Positions 46,123-55,289 of a stretch of 64,000 nt of DNA are shown here, piece by piece (position 1 is the first letter of the stretch; each line of letters begins with the position of its first letter). A model generated the notes under the pieces. That model saw only the letters and a list, made by a program, of their open reading frames with translations. It had not been told where the DNA came from and did no database searches. The stretch lies in IMG/VR virus record IMGVR_UViG_3300045997_000112, positions 41,426 to 105,425 of that record. One strand, 5' to 3'. Origin of the DNA: a virus. The translations under genes and the position numbers were made by a program.

Positions 46123-47907
46123 CTAGACCTTCCACAGCTCGACTGAGTCAACATAGATCCTGTAGCGAGCCGTCGGGGATCCAAACAGTCCACCGGGCAC
46201 CATCCATCCCAGGTCGATCCCGCTCCCGGACCCAATGATGCTGAAGGCCCCAACAGAGGTGATGAACACTGGTTGGGCTGCGAAGTCCCCCACCGCAATG
46301 GTGGTGGCGTTGCCCAGCATCATCGTCATGCTGGCATTGCCGTCCGCCGCTCCCGCGAACAGGTCGGAGCGCCATGTCACTCGCAACTCGTAGTCCCCAC
46401 CGGCATATGTCCCGCCCATCGCGGCAGCCAGAGCGTCGCCCGGAAGGTGGATGATCCCCGGGCCCCCCATGAACGATGCCTCGGGAGTGTCCACCTGTGC
46501 GTGCCCGTTCGGGTGCCACACGATGTCGGGGTAGGTCCCGCCCATGATCCCGCCGGACCCCTTGACCCATCCGTCGAGTCCGGTGTTGAAGTCCCAGGTG
46601 TGGACCAGCCGCCGTGGTGGGGGCAACTCGTACTCAAGGTCGATGGCCACGTACCCGGGGCTCACCGCCTTCGGGATCACGAACGAGATGTCGTGCCCGA
46701 TCGCTGTCTTGATCACGTCCACCCGCTGGGACCCGACATGGCCTCCAGCCCACTGGAACATGCCCATCGACTCCAGCAGGAACTGGGCCCCGTCATGGGG
46801 CTGCGGGTGGGTGACGTGGAAGAGGGTGTCAACCGTCCCGGCCAAGGCGCGGGTGGGCTGCACCAGCCCAGTCACCTGCCACCTGCGGAAGTCCTGTGAG
46901 CAGCGCCAGCGGGGCCCCACCCATCCCGGGTACGCCTGGAACCCGGGCGCGTACTCCATCTTGACCAGCGACCCGGCGATCGCCTCGGTCCCCACGTTGA
47001 TCCACGGCCCCCACGTTGGGTCATTCGCACATGACCGGTGAACCCGCGCCAGTGAGAACCACATCTGGTTCGGGATCGACGGGGCCCCGGTGGTCTCAAA
47101 GGCAAGATAGTGGTGAGCGCCCGGGGTGTCGTCACGCCCACTGTCGATCCGGAACACGTCGCCCCAGGTTGCAATCAAACCCAGACCGCTGATCCCCCAG
47201 TGCATCATCCCGAACATGATCTTGGGCAGCGCTGGACCTGGGTCCATGAAGCAGACGATGGTCTTCTTCGACCCAGCCGCCATGTCCTCAGCCGGTTGAC
47301 ACAGGCCCCGGTACTCGATGTACCCCAGATCCGGGTCATACCGCCACGCTGGACGCTGGAACCCACCAGCTCCGTGGTCGTTGAAGAACGCCATCTCGGA
47401 GACCACAAACCAGTTCATCCCCAGTGCGTTCGGGCCAGTCTGCCGGGCGCGCCAGAACCGGGCGGTGTGGACGGACCCGATCTCAAGGCTGACCAGCGCG
47501 GACGCCGCCACCTTCTCGGCGGGGACCGTCGTGGTGGCTCCCGGGATCCACGTCACGCCGTCGTCGGAGTGGTCCACGGTGACGGTCTTGAAGAAGTGCC
47601 CGTTGGACGGTCCGGCCTGGGCAGCCGACCGCTGCCGGAGCGTGAACCCGGCGATGGTCGTCGGAGCCCCGAAGTCGATCCCGATCCAGCGCTCCGGGCC
47701 ATCGTCGGAGTGCCACTCGGTCTCGATGCTCCCATCCCGGGCCAGCGCGGGCACGCGGTCCAAAGCGCCGGGATGGACGCCGTTCGACAGGGCGGTCCCA
47801 CCCGTGATCCCACTCGCGTAGGGCACCCACCCGGACACGAACGTGGCGTACGGCTTCTCCCCGACATACCCGGCGGGCTTGACCGCCATCCATGGGCTCC
47901 ACGTCAT
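46123..47907 (-). CDS. receptor-binding protein with F5/8 (discoidin) domain
   Basis: DGSIETEWHS...WIGIDFG...SDDGVTW...ARFWR...SEMAFF; further beta-sandwich domains. Confidence 0.8.
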   Translation of the reverse strand: MTWSPWMAVKPAGYVGEKPYATFVSGWVPYASGITGGTALSNGVHPGALDRVPALARDGSIETEWHSDDGPERWIGIDFGAPTTIAGFTLRQRSAAQAGPSNGHFFKTVTVDHSDDGVTWIPGATTTVPAEKVAASALVSLEIGSVHTARFWRARQTGPNALGMNWFVVSEMAFFNDHGAGGFQRPAWRYDPDLGYIEYRGLCQPAEDMAAGSKKTIVCFMDPGPALPKIMFGMMHWGISGLGLIATWGDVFRIDSGRDDTPGAHHYLAFETTGAPSIPNQMWFSLARVHRSCANDPTWGPWINVGTEAIAGSLVKMEYAPGFQAYPGWVGPRWRCSQDFRRWQVTGLVQPTRALAGTVDTLFHVTHPQPHDGAQFLLESMGMFQWAGGHVGSQRVDVIKTAIGHDISFVIPKAVSPGYVAIDLEYELPPPRRLVHTWDFNTGLDGWVKGSGGIMGGTYPDIVWHPNGHAQVDTPEASFMGGPGIIHLPGDALAAAMGGTYAGGDYELRVTWRSDLFAGAADGNASMTMMLGNATTIAVGDFAAQPVFITSVGAFSIIGSGSGIDLGWMVPGGLFGSPTARYRIYVDSVELWKV

Positions 47908-49004
47908 GTCGGCTCATCTCCGAAGTAGAAGACCGCGTCGATCCCCATCCACGCCCCGACAGGCATGTGCTCCTGGCCGTTGAACCACCGCAGGTGCACG
48001 TCATGGTGGATGTTGTACGAGAAGATCGCATCCGGAGCCGGTGGTGGAGACGGGACTGCGTCGAAGCGCACCATCACCCCGGAGAACAGCGCGGTCTTGT
48101 CCGGGGAGGCCACCCCATAGGACATCGCGTTGACCGTCGGCTTCGGGATCACATCCTCGTAATGCCCGTTCGGATAGGACCCGACGTAGTGGGTTGGGAT
48201 CGAGCAGGAGATGATGAGTGACCGGACCACGGTGGGATTCAGCAGATCCACCCAGTCCTGGGTGAACTGGGCCAACCCCTGGTACTGGATCTTCTGGCCC
48301 TTGATCGAGTACCGCCACTTCACCTTCTGGAAACCCTTGTCATAGTGGGTCACCCCGGCTGTGAACCACGCCGCTGGGGCGGAGAACGACGCCGATGACC
48401 CCACCGTCATCCAGTCAGACCAGTCCTCCTCGTAGTGGGTCTCGGGGGCCCCCACCCAGCGGACCCCGTCGTGAGCCGCGATCGGCTCCCACGAGTTGCC
48501 GTCCCAGCCCTTCGGCTGCGGGACCCACTGGACCCCGTCCCAACCCGCCGGGGTCGGCTCGTCCCAGAGCGTGAGGTTGCGGACCTCGACCCAGCAGCCG
48601 TCCTTGTTGACCCCATCAGTGCCCCACCACCAGAGTTGGATGCCACCATCCATGAATGCCAGCGGTGCCTGGAACGGACGCCACTTGCTGTCGGCGACCC
48701 ACATCGGCTTGCTGACCCCGGCCAACTCGGAGGCGAACACACCCCCGATCGAACCGGGCGCGTCCCAGTTGGTCCGGTACTCCCCGCGAGCCCAGATCTG
48801 CTTGCCGTTCGCCGTCCCGGTGATCACGTTGAGCGGGATCATGTAGCAGAAGTTGAACCCGCCGCCCTGCAGCGTCCAGCGGTGCGCCGGAGTGCCGTCG
48901 GCCTGCAGGAAGGACACGCACTGGGTCTGGCGCTCCGGTGGGGCGAAGAACCCCCCGTTGACCGCCCAGACCAGACCGTGGTTGTACCGGTGCAACAGCC
49001 GCAT
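47904..49004 (-). CDS. minor tail / receptor-binding protein with WDG repeats
   Basis: GWDGVQWVP..KGWDGNSWEP...HDGVRW. Confidence 0.75.
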   Translation of the reverse strand: MRLLHRYNHGLVWAVNGGFFAPPERQTQCVSFLQADGTPAHRWTLQGGGFNFCYMIPLNVITGTANGKQIWARGEYRTNWDAPGSIGGVFASELAGVSKPMWVADSKWRPFQAPLAFMDGGIQLWWWGTDGVNKDGCWVEVRNLTLWDEPTPAGWDGVQWVPQPKGWDGNSWEPIAAHDGVRWVGAPETHYEEDWSDWMTVGSSASFSAPAAWFTAGVTHYDKGFQKVKWRYSIKGQKIQYQGLAQFTQDWVDLLNPTVVRSLIISCSIPTHYVGSYPNGHYEDVIPKPTVNAMSYGVASPDKTALFSGVMVRFDAVPSPPPAPDAIFSYNIHHDVHLRWFNGQEHMPVGAWMGIDAVFYFGDEPT

Positions 49005-51448
49005 CAGGTCACCTGTGGGACCCAGATCATCCCCGACTTGGGGGAGGCCGGTGCGGTTGGGGACACGACAGCCGCCGCCGCGTGGGAGTCCACGTACGCC
49101 TTGGTCGCGGCGTGCTTGGCGGCAGTGGGCTCGTTGACGAGGATCAGGTCCGTCCCGTTGAGCAGGCTGATGTGCCCGGTGCTCCGGTCGATCTGGAGGA
49201 CATCGACTTCCTTGCCGTTCGTGTAGATGCGGAAGCGCCGATTGGCGCCCGCACCGGTAGTGCCGAGCACGAAGTCCTGATTGCCGGTGTCCTTGCTGCG
49301 AAACTCGAACTGGGCAAGATCACCACCGTCGCCGCGCTCGATGGCGAAGAAGGCGTTGCCGTCGGAGTTGACCGTGATGCCGTGAGCGGCCACCGTCAAC
49401 TCGCCGGACAGTTCCCCACCGGTCAGTGGCAGGAAGCCGCCAGTACTGCCTGCCGCCGACGGGTTCACCCAGATCTTGATGTCTGGGCTCGTCGGCTCCG
49501 CGTCCTGGATCGCCACCTCTGCTGGGGTGAAGATCAGGCTGTCAGTACCCAGCTTCGACTGGTTCCCCGCATCAGTGGACACGGCCGTCGGGCCAGCGGG
49601 ACCCGTGTCACCGGTATCACCCTTCGGCCCGGTGGTGCCCTGCGGGCCCTGAGCCCCATCATTGCCCTGAGGTCCAGCCGGTCCCACTGCACCTGGGGCG
49701 CCAGCAGGACCAACGAGAGCACTCGTGTCGCCCCACACGGGCTGACCGTTGTCGAGGGTGAGCACAGAACCGTCGGGGACACCGCCGCTGAAGGTGACAT
49801 TGATCAGCGAGCTCGCAGGCGGGATCACCGTTGGCTTGGGCCGCGACGGGTCAAGGTAACTCGTCGTGGTCAGCGAGAAGTAGTCGCCAGACCCACCGCC
49901 ACTGATCCACGACACAGTGGCAGTAGCCACCTCGTAGGTGTCCATGCCGATGTAGTACGTCCACAGATGCTCGGTGCCGTCATCGGGGAACAGCGACTGC
50001 AACTCTGCTCGCGTCCAGATCCGACCATTCAGATCCTCCGAATGGAACGCGATGACACCGACCTGCGTACCTCCGCCGTGCAGTTCCAGCGTCGCCTCCC
50101 CGGGCTGACTGGGATTCTGGTTGGCGCTGATCCGCCACGTCCCCCCAAGCGGGCCGGGGATATCAGGCAGCCCGCTCGATGGTGCGTCCCACACGCTCGC
50201 GCCCGAGAGCGTCCACCACTGGTTGCTCACACCGTCAGCGGGCGGAAACTCCTGACCGTAAGAGCCATCAGCGATGCAGCGGTACATGCTCCGGGTGTCC
50301 CAGTCAACGACGTAATCCCCGACGGAGTAGCTGTTGGTGCTTTCCCAAATGCCGGGCATAGCCGCACTGAAGATTCCGTTGAGAGCCCTAGCGTTCTCAG
50401 CGGCGGTCTCCTCCAGGATGCTTACCCACTCGGCAAGCGAGTGGCCGGACAACTCGAACCAGATCGCACCGTAATCCGTGCCGGGCTCGGTGTCAGCGTT
50501 GTCGGACGAGAGGGCGAAGTAGTAGTCGCCGTTGTGCGTGACGATGGTGCCCCGGTCCACACCCGAGCCACTGACCCACGGGTCGATGGAGGTCTGGTCG
50601 AAGCCCATGCCGACGGGCATCCCGGAGACAGGCGGGTCGATCGGACCCCATGCGCCCTCTGCCGTCGTCCCGAGCACCTTGCCGGGCGGGGTGTCAGCCG
50701 GGGCGGTCACGTCGGTCAGGATGTCCAGCGGACCAGCGGGACCTGCAGGACCAGTGGCGCCATCAGCTCCAGGAACACCTTGGATGCCCTGAAGGCCCGT
50801 GGGGCCCTGTTCGCCCGTGTCACCCTTGGGACCTTGGGCCCCATCATTGCCAGGAGGGCCTTGGATCCCGGGGTTGCCCTGATCGCCCTTGTCGCCCTTG
50901 GGTCCCTGGGCACCCGTAGCGCCGTCGGCTCCGGCAGCTCCGGTATCGCCCTTGGGTCCCTGGGGACCGACTCCACCCGTGGCTCCCGATGGACCGACCT
51001 CGCCCTGGATCCCTTGGGCACCTGTGTCGCCCTTGTCGCCCTTCGGCCCGGCAGGGCCCTGAGCGCCAACCTCACCTTGGATTCCCTGGATCCCCGGGTC
51101 ACCCTTGTCGCCCTTGGGGCCTTGGAGTCCGGTGTTGCCCGTATCGCCCTTCGGACCGACAGGGCCCTGGCTTCCCTGAGGACCCTGGAAGTGGCCGATC
51201 GCCTGCCACTGGCCGTCGGTGTTCCAGATGTGCACATCACCAGTGGCCGTCACCAGATGGGCATCACCCGGCTGGTTCCCCGTGGTCGGAAGATCACCCG
51301 CTGTGGCGACCGCGCTGAGGATGCGGATGCCCTGACCCTGGATCCCTTGGGGCCCCTGAGGACCCGTGCCTCCAGGGGGGCCCTGGGGACCGGTGTCTCC
51401 GGTGTCTCCCTTGGGGCCCTTGATGTTGAGCTTCTGCTCCCATGCCAT
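49004..51448 (-). CDS. long collagen-like fibre protein
   Basis: MAWEQKLNIKGPKG, about 50-triplet collagen tract, HAATKAYVD, C-term PTAPASPKSGMIWV. Confidence 0.85.
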   Translation of the reverse strand: MAWEQKLNIKGPKGDTGDTGPQGPPGGTGPQGPQGIQGQGIRILSAVATAGDLPTTGNQPGDAHLVTATGDVHIWNTDGQWQAIGHFQGPQGSQGPVGPKGDTGNTGLQGPKGDKGDPGIQGIQGEVGAQGPAGPKGDKGDTGAQGIQGEVGPSGATGGVGPQGPKGDTGAAGADGATGAQGPKGDKGDQGNPGIQGPPGNDGAQGPKGDTGEQGPTGLQGIQGVPGADGATGPAGPAGPLDILTDVTAPADTPPGKVLGTTAEGAWGPIDPPVSGMPVGMGFDQTSIDPWVSGSGVDRGTIVTHNGDYYFALSSDNADTEPGTDYGAIWFELSGHSLAEWVSILEETAAENARALNGIFSAAMPGIWESTNSYSVGDYVVDWDTRSMYRCIADGSYGQEFPPADGVSNQWWTLSGASVWDAPSSGLPDIPGPLGGTWRISANQNPSQPGEATLELHGGGTQVGVIAFHSEDLNGRIWTRAELQSLFPDDGTEHLWTYYIGMDTYEVATATVSWISGGGSGDYFSLTTTSYLDPSRPKPTVIPPASSLINVTFSGGVPDGSVLTLDNGQPVWGDTSALVGPAGAPGAVGPAGPQGNDGAQGPQGTTGPKGDTGDTGPAGPTAVSTDAGNQSKLGTDSLIFTPAEVAIQDAEPTSPDIKIWVNPSAAGSTGGFLPLTGGELSGELTVAAHGITVNSDGNAFFAIERGDGGDLAQFEFRSKDTGNQDFVLGTTGAGANRRFRIYTNGKEVDVLQIDRSTGHISLLNGTDLILVNEPTAAKHAATKAYVDSHAAAAVVSPTAPASPKSGMIWVPQVT

Positions 51449-51457
51449 CGGGTGTCC

Positions 51458-52171
51458 TTACGAGACGAGGTTGTAGACGTCGCCAGTGGCCGTGTCCAGG
51501 TAGAGGTCGCCGACAACCGCGTTGGGAACATTGGTGGGTATCCCGGCCCCGATGAACCACCCGTTGCCTCGAGCTCCCGGAGCTCCCTGCGGACCGACGT
51601 TGCCCTGAGGACCGGCCAACGACAGACCAGAGCCCCACGCCCCAGATGTTCCGCCCGTCCGGGGTCCGTACAGCGTCTTGCCCGACAGGTCCAGGTAGTA
51701 GTCACCGTCCCTGCCGATATCGGCAGCGGGGACACCTGCACCCGAGAGGATCGTGGACCCGGCGTCACCCTGCGGTCCCTGGATCTGTCCCAGGTTCTGG
51801 TGCCCTGCAGCGCCAGCGGCCGCAACATCCGTGGAGATCCACATATCGCCGGTGCTGGTGACGAAGTAGATGTTCCCCGGCACGGAGTCGGCGGGAAGGT
51901 CCTCAACATTGGTGACCGACCCTTCGATCGAAAGACCGGGGCCCCGATCACCGGTCTCGCCCTTCAGGGAGATTCCGGAGAGTGGCCATGCGGTTGCGCC
52001 TCGAGGCCCGAACAGCACCTTGGTGGTCTCGGAGAAGAAGTAGTCGCCCTCTGCCCCCAGATCATGCGGGGGGAGGAGGGCCACATCGGTGTAGATCTGG
52101 GAACCGGGAGCTCCCGCTTGTCCAGGATCGCCCTGTGGGCCCTTGATGTTTCCTGCCTTGGCCCACGCCAT
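51458..52171 (-). CDS. collagen/knob fibre segment protein
   Basis: MAWAKAGNIKGPQG; repeated GxGxP..G..GDYY knobs; ends GDLYLDTATGDVYNLVS. Confidence 0.85.
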   Translation of the reverse strand: MAWAKAGNIKGPQGDPGQAGAPGSQIYTDVALLPPHDLGAEGDYFFSETTKVLFGPRGATAWPLSGISLKGETGDRGPGLSIEGSVTNVEDLPADSVPGNIYFVTSTGDMWISTDVAAAGAAGHQNLGQIQGPQGDAGSTILSGAGVPAADIGRDGDYYLDLSGKTLYGPRTGGTSGAWGSGLSLAGPQGNVGPQGAPGARGNGWFIGAGIPTNVPNAVVGDLYLDTATGDVYNLVS

Positions 52172-52172
52172 G

Positions 52173-53210
52173 TCAGTTCCCTCCGGTCAGCGAGATGATC
52201 TCGCGGGTGTACACGTCCCAGGTGGTCGTATCCAGGTAGGCGTCATTCTGATCCCCAATGGTGGGAGCAGGTGCGCCCCGACCGAAGATCCACTCGGATC
52301 CATCAACTCCGTCGACTCCCGGATCACCGGTGTCGCCCTTCTCTCCCCGAGGTCCTTGCTCCCCTTGTGGCCCGACGGGGCCTTGGGGTCCCCGGATGGG
52401 GCCGACGTTCTGCCACGCAGATCCGTCCCACACCACGCCATCGCCAATGGCGGCCGGATGATCCGGGCCCACTGGAGCGCCTGAGGTGTCGGTGAGGATC
52501 CACATGTCCCCGACAGAGCCCTGGAGCGTAGTGATGTAGGACCACGTCCCGGATCCCCGGATGGTGACCCCGGACCCGTCCGCACCGGGCGTGCCCTGGG
52601 GTCCGGTGGGGCCGACTCTCCCATCAAACCCACGGGGGCCCTGCGGTCCCGTGTCTCCCTTGGGCCCGGGAACACCCTGCTGGCCCTGGGGTCCCTCGGG
52701 ACCCACAAGGTTGGAGAGCATGTTCCACGCCGAACCGTCCGAGATGGCCAGCTCACCGGAGTCCGTCACCAGATAGGCGTCTCCGGCCGGGACGCCAGCA
52801 TTGGGCCACCCCGGGAGCATGGACTCGGACCGCACAACATTGGTGATGTGGATCCCCTGGCCCTGAACGCCTGGCGCGACCACGCCCTCGAGGGGAACCC
52901 ACCGACTTCCATCCCATACGACAACGGCATCGAACTTCGGAGCCGGGGACAGCAACGCCTTGTTGACGATCGCCATCACGCCTGCGGGGAGTCCACCCGC
53001 AGCTGCCTCGGCCTCCAGGCGCTCGTACTCCGGTCGGGTGCTGATCACTCGGACGTAGGGCCCGTACACCGCTGCGGCGTCCGGAACCAGCGCCATCAGG
53101 TCGAAGAGGACCCGGCGCAGGTCCACCACATCCACGTAGCCCTGATCCGGATCTCCCGGAAGAGGACCCAAGGGGATGAGTGCGACCTCAATCTTCCGAG
53201 GATCGATCAT
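52173..53210 (-). CDS. collagen/knob fibre protein with N-terminal docking domain
   Basis: [12 protein letters not shown] motif; knobs; ends [14 protein letters not shown]. Confidence 0.85.
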   Translation of the reverse strand: MIDPRKIEVALIPLGPLPGDPDQGYVDVVDLRRVLFDLMALVPDAAAVYGPYVRVISTRPEYERLEAEAAAGGLPAGVMAIVNKALLSPAPKFDAVVVWDGSRWVPLEGVVAPGVQGQGIHITNVVRSESMLPGWPNAGVPAGDAYLVTDSGELAISDGSAWNMLSNLVGPEGPQGQQGVPGPKGDTGPQGPRGFDGRVGPTGPQGTPGADGSGVTIRGSGTWSYITTLQGSVGDMWILTDTSGAPVGPDHPAAIGDGVVWDGSAWQNVGPIRGPQGPVGPQGEQGPRGEKGDTGDPGVDGVDGSEWIFGRGAPAPTIGDQNDAYLDTTTWDVYTREIISLTGGN

Positions 53211-53222
53211 GGGTTACGCCTT

Positions 53223-53948
53223 CTAGATGATGACCAGTTCGAGATGAGCAAGGGTTGCGTTCCAACGGAATGCCTTGGACGCCCCCGTGACATCCTTGAC
53301 AGTGAAATCGGCCGAGCTGACCCCGCCCTGGAACCCGGCCCCATGGAGAACCTTGAGGTCGATCAGGTCCACATCGACGCACTGGAAGATGTCCCCGTCC
53401 TCCAGAGCCGTCGGGTCGCCCTTGTACTGCCCGGTCTCGGGAGCACCGGCGGGATCGACGATCTCGAATGCGACCCCGTTCCACCAGACGGTGGTGGGAA
53501 CGCCCGCGAGATCGAGGGTGGCCGTCCACGACGGATCCATGGTGGCCCAGTTGGTGGGGAAGTTCGAGCGCCGATCCGCGTTGAGCGCCCCGAGGCTGGA
53601 GTAGGCCGCACCCTCGCCCCGCTCCAGGAACGGTGCCGACGGGTTCCGGTATGCCGAGAGGACATGCACCAGCCGCGCCACCACCTCGTCGGTGGACAAC
53701 CCGGTGCGCGGCTGTCCGTTGGCGTCGGTAAAGGTCCGGATCAGCTCCCCGGTGATCTTCCGCTGGGCGGTCACGTAGTACTCGAGGATCGCCAGCTGGT
53801 CCCCGGTGGACGGGGCCGCTGCGAAGGTGTCGTAGAGGTCCCCGACGACCTTCTTGATGTCGGCGGCCGAGATGAACCCCGGGCCACTGCCGTCTTCCGG
53901 CTGCGGGTCCAGCGGCCGGAGGATCTCGATCTTGGTCAGGGCAGTCAT
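53223..53948 (-). CDS. protein with fibre N-terminal docking domain
   Basis: GFISAADIKKVVGDLYD; GAGGAGAG RBS. Confidence 0.75.
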   Translation of the reverse strand: MTALTKIEILRPLDPQPEDGSGPGFISAADIKKVVGDLYDTFAAAPSTGDQLAILEYYVTAQRKITGELIRTFTDANGQPRTGLSTDEVVARLVHVLSAYRNPSAPFLERGEGAAYSSLGALNADRRSNFPTNWATMDPSWTATLDLAGVPTTVWWNGVAFEIVDPAGAPETGQYKGDPTALEDGDIFQCVDVDLIDLKVLHGAGFQGGVSSADFTVKDVTGASKAFRWNATLAHLELVII

Positions 53949-53956
53949 CTCTCTCC

Positions 53957-54913
53957 TCAGGTCATGCTGTTCGTGGACTCGGACTCGTTGACGGACTCAT
54001 CATTGGCGCTGCCCATCGGGCGGGCGTGCCAGTGACTGTCGTGGCCCCGAACCTTCGAGGTCACCTGGAACTGCTGCCCCTGGTGGGTCACCTGCTTGCC
54101 CCGGTGGGACCCCGGGCCCATGTTGAACACCTGGCCGCCAGAGCTGTTGGGACCGACGTGCTCCGGACCTTCCCGACCGGGCAGGGCGATCGGCCCTCCC
54201 AGCGCGATCGGTCCTCCCATGGGGATGGGACGCTTCGGACCCGGACCCACGCTGGCCGGGACCAGCTTCCCCTCCAGGGGTGCCCCGGTGTCCGAGCTGG
54301 ACAGGCCGCCGACCGGGCTGAAAGTGTTCCCCGGGCCCCTCGTGGGTCCCGGGTGCGCGCGAGCCTGCTGCTCCTGTCGGGCCTGGGCCCGCTGCTGGTT
54401 GCCCTCATCCACCCGCTCGGCGTACGCCCTCTGGGCCGTCTCCTGCAGGGGGCTCGTCTTCGGTGACCGGGATGCTGCTCCCGGCATGCCGAGGTTCACC
54501 TGGCCGAACGGCTCCGTGTTGCGCGGGCCGACATCAGCCGGGGCGTGGTACGTGTGCGGGTGCGGATCGAGGCCCTCAACATTGTGCGCCCCGGCCAGTC
54601 GTGCTCCCTGGGCATGCCGGGCTGCCTTGTCCACCCCGTGGCCCTCGGTGCTGGTGTAGTCCCGGTTCAGGTTCTGCAGCGCCTCGAACTGGTAGGCCCG
54701 GAGCTGCTGGCCCTGCTCGTGGGCGTGCTGGTTGCCCTGCATCGTGAGCGAGAGCTCCCGATCGGCCATCCGCTCCGCGCGTCCGCCCCGAGACGCCGCG
54801 AACCGCTGCAGGAGCCCCGCTGCGTCCGGCAGGGCGCTCTCCCGGAGCGTCGCCTCCTTGCCGGGGATCACCCGAGTGGGCCTACCGGACCCTGAACTCG
54901 CCGTCGCCGCCAT
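53957..54913 (-). CDS. low-complexity hypothetical protein
   Basis: ATG at 54913 just after upstream stop; Q/G/P-rich. Confidence 0.7.
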   Translation of the reverse strand: MAATASSGSGRPTRVIPGKEATLRESALPDAAGLLQRFAASRGGRAERMADRELSLTMQGNQHAHEQGQQLRAYQFEALQNLNRDYTSTEGHGVDKAARHAQGARLAGAHNVEGLDPHPHTYHAPADVGPRNTEPFGQVNLGMPGAASRSPKTSPLQETAQRAYAERVDEGNQQRAQARQEQQARAHPGPTRGPGNTFSPVGGLSSSDTGAPLEGKLVPASVGPGPKRPIPMGGPIALGGPIALPGREGPEHVGPNSSGGQVFNMGPGSHRGKQVTHQGQQFQVTSKVRGHDSHWHARPMGSANDESVNESESTNSMT

Positions 54914-54914
54914 G

Positions 54915-55250
54915 TCAGTCCTTCCCGGCTTCGTGCTTGTTCCGCTTGGCCACATTCTTGCCATGGCTCATCGCCTGAAGGTTGGACTTCGAGTTGTTGT
55001 CCTTGTTGTTGTCCTTGTGGTCCACGTCGGTGTCCTTGTCGAGCTTGCCGTGGTCCTTCTCGTAGTCCGCCCGGGCGGAGTCCGTGGTCGTCGTCTTCTG
55101 AGTCTTCTTGTGGTACGTGACGTCCTGCTCGCGGCCGCCATTCTTGTCGGAGCCCTTGCAGCGGTAGACGATGATCTCGTCGGTCTCCCGGATCTTGCGG
55201 CAATGGCCGTGCGAGCCCTTGTGCCCCTGACGCGCCGCAACCTCACCCAT
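54915..55250 (-). CDS. small HNH-type protein
   Basis: DVDHKDNNKDNNSKSNLQAMSHGKN. Confidence 0.7.
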   Translation of the reverse strand: MGEVAARQGHKGSHGHCRKIRETDEIIVYRCKGSDKNGGREQDVTYHKKTQKTTTTDSARADYEKDHGKLDKDTDVDHKDNNKDNNSKSNLQAMSHGKNVAKRNKHEAGKD

Positions 55251-55289
55251 GAGAGCGAGTCTAGAGAACGGCGCCCAACCTTGGGGTGG

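Noticed and set aside
51440-51460. Stop-codon readthrough fusing 51458-52171 to 49004-51448 (in frame, TAA GGA CAC CCG ATG)
   Set aside because: TAAGGA doubles as the RBS of the next gene, TAA is rarely read through, and the analogous 52173/52171 junction is out of frame; protein-level joining fits both junctions better
49082-52198. 1038-aa plus-strand ORF and many similar long antisense ORFs (e.g. 8165-9991, 20136-21752, 28392-30125, 55587-57944)
   Set aside because: Shadow ORFs produced by strong GC3 bias opposite well-supported minus-strand genes; no RBS or motifs
36816-53210. Diversity-generating retroelement or invertible fibre cassette
   Set aside because: No reverse transcriptase, invertase or TR/VR pair seen; similarities are collagen codon repeats and short shared peptides
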